A stretch of DNA of 34,747 bases. Origin: an uncultured virus (IMG/VR IMGVR_UViG_2941446319_000001) (Duplodnaviria > Heunggongvirae > Uroviricota > Caudoviricetes). Every line of letters begins with the position of its first letter. Position 1 is the stretch's first letter. The position numbers and the translations under genes are program-made. Under the pieces are notes generated by a model, which worked only from the letters and a program-made list of their open reading frames with translations, did no database searches and was not told the DNA's origin. The DNA lies in the IMG/VR virus record IMGVR_UViG_2941446319_000001; one strand, 5' to 3'. Of this stretch, positions 31,855-34,747 are shown piece by piece.

Positions 31855-32252
31855 GCCGCGCTCCCGTCCGCGTCCGGCTCCCACCGGTAGCCGTTGGCGA
31901 TCCATTTCGGCCGCCCGTGGTAGTCCCGCAGCACGTAGGTGACGTAGGCGATGCCGCCGCCCTGTACGGCTTTGCACGCGGCGTGCCAGGCGTCCCGGTG
32001 CATCGGGAGGTGGCCGTTGCGGACGCCCGCCAGCGACAGGTGCCAGCCGTCCGTGTAGCCCCACCCGATCAGCGCCCGGTCGCCCGGCAGCACCACCCAG
32101 TGCGGGACGTCGTCCAGGACGGGCACGTACACCTGCTCGCGGCCTTCGGTCGGCAGGTGCAGGCGCACTCCCTGGCCGGGCCGGGTGGGGACGATCGCCA
32201 CCTCGTGCGGGGCAGGGCGGACGTCCACCAGCGAGATCGTCTGAGTGCTCAC
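31851..32252 (-). CDS. hypothetical protein
   Basis: SD GGAGG; overlap chain. Confidence 0.65.
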   Translation of the reverse strand: MSTQTISLVDVRPAPHEVAIVPTRPGQGVRLHLPTEGREQVYVPVLDDVPHWVVLPGDRALIGWGYTDGWHLSLAGVRNGHLPMHRDAWHAACKAVQGGGIAYVTYVLRDYHGRPKWIANGYRWEPDADGSAA

Positions 32253-32683
32253 TTGGCGGCCTCCGCCTGCTTACGCGGGGTGCCGTCCAGGTCGACGGTG
32301 AGCGCGTACTGGACGTCCTCGACCACGCCGACCACGACGCGGCTGCATACCTTGTCAGCGTCGGCGTACACCTTCAGGCGGATGGGGCCGAAGTTCAGCT
32401 TGACGCCGCCGTGACGGCCATTTGCCTCTTCCTCCACCCGCGCTCCGGCCTCACGCCCCGCACGGGCGGCGTCGGTGATGGTCCCCGCAGGGTCCACGGC
32501 CGAGTTCACGCAGGCGAGGAAGCCCGTCCCGTGGTAGTAGTGGGCGCGCTTGGCCAGATCCGGGTTCGTGGCCAGGAAAGCGGCCACCTGCCCGTAGGCG
32601 TGGGCGTACTCCAGCGCCTCGGCGACGCTCTTCGGGGTCGTCTCCGGCGTCGTGCCGGTCTCGGCCTCGTTTATCGTGGTCAT
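32249..32683 (-). CDS. hypothetical protein
   Basis: SD AAGGAG/AGGA; VCSRVVVG motif. Confidence 0.7.
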   Translation of the reverse strand: MTTINEAETGTTPETTPKSVAEALEYAHAYGQVAAFLATNPDLAKRAHYYHGTGFLACVNSAVDPAGTITDAARAGREAGARVEEEANGRHGGVKLNFGPIRLKVYADADKVCSRVVVGVVEDVQYALTVDLDGTPRKQAEAAK

Positions 32684-32771
32684 TGGTTCCTGCTCCTTGT
32701 TCGTGGTCCGAATAGGTCTGAGCGGGGATCTCGCGGGTCCGGCAGTTGCCTCTGCTGGGCCCGCACTGCGT

Positions 32772-32978
32772 CTAAGCGGCGGGCGTCAGCCCGGCCAGGC
32801 GCGCCTTGCGCTGCTCGCGCCGGTCCGCCTTCTCAGCGGCCTTGACGGCGCGCTTGTCGAACGCGGCGCTGGACTGGCTGCGGCGCTTCTTGGCCGCCCG
32901 ACGGCGCTGACGCGGGGTGAGGTCGCCACGGTTGGTCTGGTCCAGATAGCGGGACACGCGGGCGGCGTCATCGAGCAT
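32772..32978 (-). CDS. small basic protein
   Basis: LTPRQRRRAAKK; SD GAGGAG. Confidence 0.6.
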   Translation of the reverse strand: MLDDAARVSRYLDQTNRGDLTPRQRRRAAKKRRSQSSAAFDKRAVKAAEKADRREQRKARLAGLTPAA

Positions 32979-33111
32979 GGTGAGCTCCTCGCTGGGTGGG
33001 GATGGTGGAGACCGCCTCGTCGGCGGCACGGTCGAGCTCGTACAGCGCCGAGAGTCGGTACGACAGGCCGGCGGTCATGAGTGCGGCGCCGAGACGCTCA
33101 GCGGCGGTCAC
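32968..33111 (-). CDS. small hypothetical protein (47 aa, not in the ORF track)
   Basis: VTAAERLGAALMTAGLSYRL...; fills the gap with a GTGA overlap. Confidence 0.45.
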   Translation of the reverse strand: MTAAERLGAALMTAGLSYRLSALYELDRAADEAVSTIPTQRGAHHAR

Positions 33112-33386
33112 GCCGCACGCCCCCGCTCCTTGGCCTCGCGGTTCTCGCGCCGCTTCTGGGCGCTCTTGGCCGCGAGTTCCTGCATGTGTGCCTTGCGGAG
33201 GTGTCCAGCGCGGCGCTCGCGCTCGGCGGCGGGAAGCTCGTTGTTGGGGTCCACCTGCTGCTCGAAGCGCTTGAGGAAGCCATCACGGGCGGGCTTGGTG
33301 CGCGCGGCCGGGTCGGAGGTGTTGGCCCATGAGGTGTGGGCGCCTTTGCGGGCTCGGAGAGAACGCTCCGCAGGGGTCGCGGTCAT
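33108..33386 (-). CDS. conserved actinophage early protein
   Basis: TPAERSLRARKGAHTSWANT...RFEQQVDP. Confidence 0.75.
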   Translation of the reverse strand: MTATPAERSLRARKGAHTSWANTSDPAARTKPARDGFLKRFEQQVDPNNELPAAERERRAGHLRKAHMQELAAKSAQKRRENREAKERGRAA

Positions 33387-33649
33387 CGTGCGACTCTCCT
33401 GCGGCGCAGCAGCTTGGGGTTCTCGTGACCCTCAAGCGCTCCGCGAGGGACTCCCAGAACGCGGGCGATACTGCCGAGCAGTTGCACGGACGGCTGCTTG
33501 TGTCCCAGTTCGATGTTGCGGATGTAGTCGGGGTGCCGCTGGACCCCTTCCTGGTCCAAGAGTTTGGCCACCAGTTCATCGACGGTGAGCTCTTGGCGTT
33601 CGCGTTCGCGACGGATTTTGGTTCCATCGGCCTGAGTCAGTTGGGCCAT
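33383..33649 (-). CDS. Cro-like XRE HTH regulator
   Basis: KIRRERERQELTVDEL...YIRNIELGHKQPS...IARVLGV; first gene of the early operon. Confidence 0.85.
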   Translation of the reverse strand: MAQLTQADGTKIRRERERQELTVDELVAKLLDQEGVQRHPDYIRNIELGHKQPSVQLLGSIARVLGVPRGALEGHENPKLLRRRRVAR

Positions 33650-33827
33650 GGCAAGAAGCTAGGGCAGATCAAGGCAGATAGCAAGAGATATTTTGCTTCA
33701 TCTGCCCTTTGCCTGGCCTCAGCTGCCCCTGTTGCGCCTGATGTCAGAGCGACGAACGTGACATGACCTGCACTGCTCTTGCCTGATCTGCCTAGACCTG
33801 CCATCGCCAGTCAGGCATGATGCGTAC
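33650..33827. promoter_or_regulatory. immunity switch: divergent leaderless promoters with GGCAGAT/GGCAAGA operator repeats
   Basis: Minus TTGCTA-N17-TAGCTT-N6-ATG; plus TAGACC-N17-CATGAT-N6-GTG. Repeats at 33663 and 33673 (GGCAGAT), 33700 and 33786 (ATCTGCC), 33777 and 33796. Confidence 0.75.
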
Positions 33828-34472
33828 GTGCCGCACCCGCGTGACACCGACCCGGCCGCCCGCGCACGCCTCCACAACGTCATGGAGAAACGCCGCGTGC
33901 ACCTTCGCCTTACCTGGAATCAGGTGGCCAAGCTGGCGGGGCTGACCAAGGAAGGGTTGAGATCCGTCCGCACGGAGACTCGCCGCATGATGCCCCTCAC
34001 CAAGAGAGGCATCGAGACCGCACTCCAGTGGGAACCAGGCAGCGTCGACCTCGTCCTTGAGGACCGGCCGCCAATCGATGCCCACGAGAATCGCACCCGC
34101 GATTCTCTCTCCGGCGCCGCCGGCTCCGACGAGACGACCCCTGGCGTGCAGCGCTGGTTTCTGGCGGAGCTGCGTCGCCGCAAGCTGTCGCTGACAGACC
34201 TGGCTGCGTCCATCGAAGCTCTACGAGAAATCGGCGTCCACCACGGGCAAACACTGGCAGAGCTTCTCATCGAGTCGGGGTTGGCGGATCGCGACGAGCT
34301 AGAGGTCCGCGACCTCCCCCAAGCCACGAAGAACGCAATTACTCGTTTTCATAGCGAGCTTGAAGGGATTACCTCATCCCCGCGACTTTCCGCCCGCCAG
34401 CGGCGCAAGCTCGAAGAAAGCGCCGCCGAGGGGCTCCAAGAAATTCGGAAAGAAAGTCGCGAGGACCGGTAA
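33828..34472 (+). CDS. immunity repressor (XRE HTH)
   Basis: RRVHLRLTWNQVAKLAGLTKEGLRSVR...IETALQWEPGS; divergent from the Cro-like gene. Confidence 0.85.
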   Translation: MPHPRDTDPAARARLHNVMEKRRVHLRLTWNQVAKLAGLTKEGLRSVRTETRRMMPLTKRGIETALQWEPGSVDLVLEDRPPIDAHENRTRDSLSGAAGSDETTPGVQRWFLAELRRRKLSLTDLAASIEALREIGVHHGQTLAELLIESGLADRDELEVRDLPQATKNAITRFHSELEGITSSPRLSARQRRKLEESAAEGLQEIRKESREDR

Positions 34473-34486
34473 ACCGAAAGCCCTCT

Positions 34487-34747
34487 TCAGGCGACGGACT
34501 CCAGTCGGCTACGCCCCCGCGCGCCCTTGTCGTCGTTTGCCGCTTCAGGCTCTTCCTTGATTGCGTTCTCTAGCCGGCGGAGCGCGCCTTCCAGTCTGAG
34601 GTGGGCGAGCCGGCCATGGTCGGGCCGCACCAGCCAGCAGGCGATGGCGATGAGGCTTGCGACCAGCGTCGCGAGCCATACCGTCTGGTACACCTGGATG
34701 TGCGGCTGGATCACGGCGCCCGTGGCGATGACGGCTCCCCACATCAC
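34487..34747 (-). CDS. membrane protein (3' part; start may lie outside the window)
   Basis: Two hydrophobic segments. Confidence 0.55.
   Translation of the reverse strand: MMWGAVIATGAVIQPHIQVYQTVWLATLVASLIAIACWLVRPDHGRLAHLRLEGALRRLENAIKEEPEAANDDKGARGRSRLESVA

Larger units (their letters stand above)
1..34747. mobile_element. Actinomycete temperate phage/prophage early, replication and regulatory region (partial)
   Basis: Dense co-directional small genes with ATGA/TGATG overlaps. Contains a Cro/repressor switch, Sak4-like ATPase, replication initiator, primase-helicase, SSB, WhiB, DNA methyltransferase and HNH nuclease. Very high GC. Confidence 0.93.

Noticed and set aside
33383..34472. Self-targeting of the phage's own immunity genes by array guides
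   Set aside because: By-eye comparison of the decoded NNx patterns with cro, the repressor and the intergenic operators found no match. A computational scan of the whole prophage is still needed.

Overview
This is a high-GC actinomycete (pro)phage segment covering the early/replication arm, transcribed mostly on the minus strand from a Cro/repressor immunity switch at ~33.4-34.5 kb. Recognisable genes include a Sak4-like AAA ATPase, an HNH nuclease, a C5 DNA methyltransferase with a nested out-of-frame ORF, WhiB, PD-(D/E)xK nucleases, a replication initiator, a primase-helicase, SSB, DUF4326, a Zn-ribbon late-regulator-like gene and a DinD-like gene. No integrase or virion genes are present in the window. 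The standout is a self-contained cassette at 24111-26808. A divergent small HTH repressor and a near-consensus promoter precede a stand-alone RAMP/Cas7-like gene (25919-26539). That gene is followed by a ~1.2 kb non-coding array of ten (GGY-NN)n pentamer tracts separated by nine hairpins, six of them tRNA-like T-arm/acceptor minihelices, and then a wHTH/coiled-coil gene. Reading only the variable NN dinucleotides as codon positions 1-2 gives recognisable protein motifs: GntR-like 'ATLREKGILATLPAKGTFVV', resolvase-HTH-like 'RSTLYRAL' and HTH-like 'RLLxVDRATLRRWE'. This points to an RNA-guided system with a gapped, wobble-skipping code aimed at regulator and recombinase genes of other mobile elements. 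It matches my recollection of recently reported VIPR systems, which I could not verify here. All family calls come from motif recognition by eye; no database searches were run.
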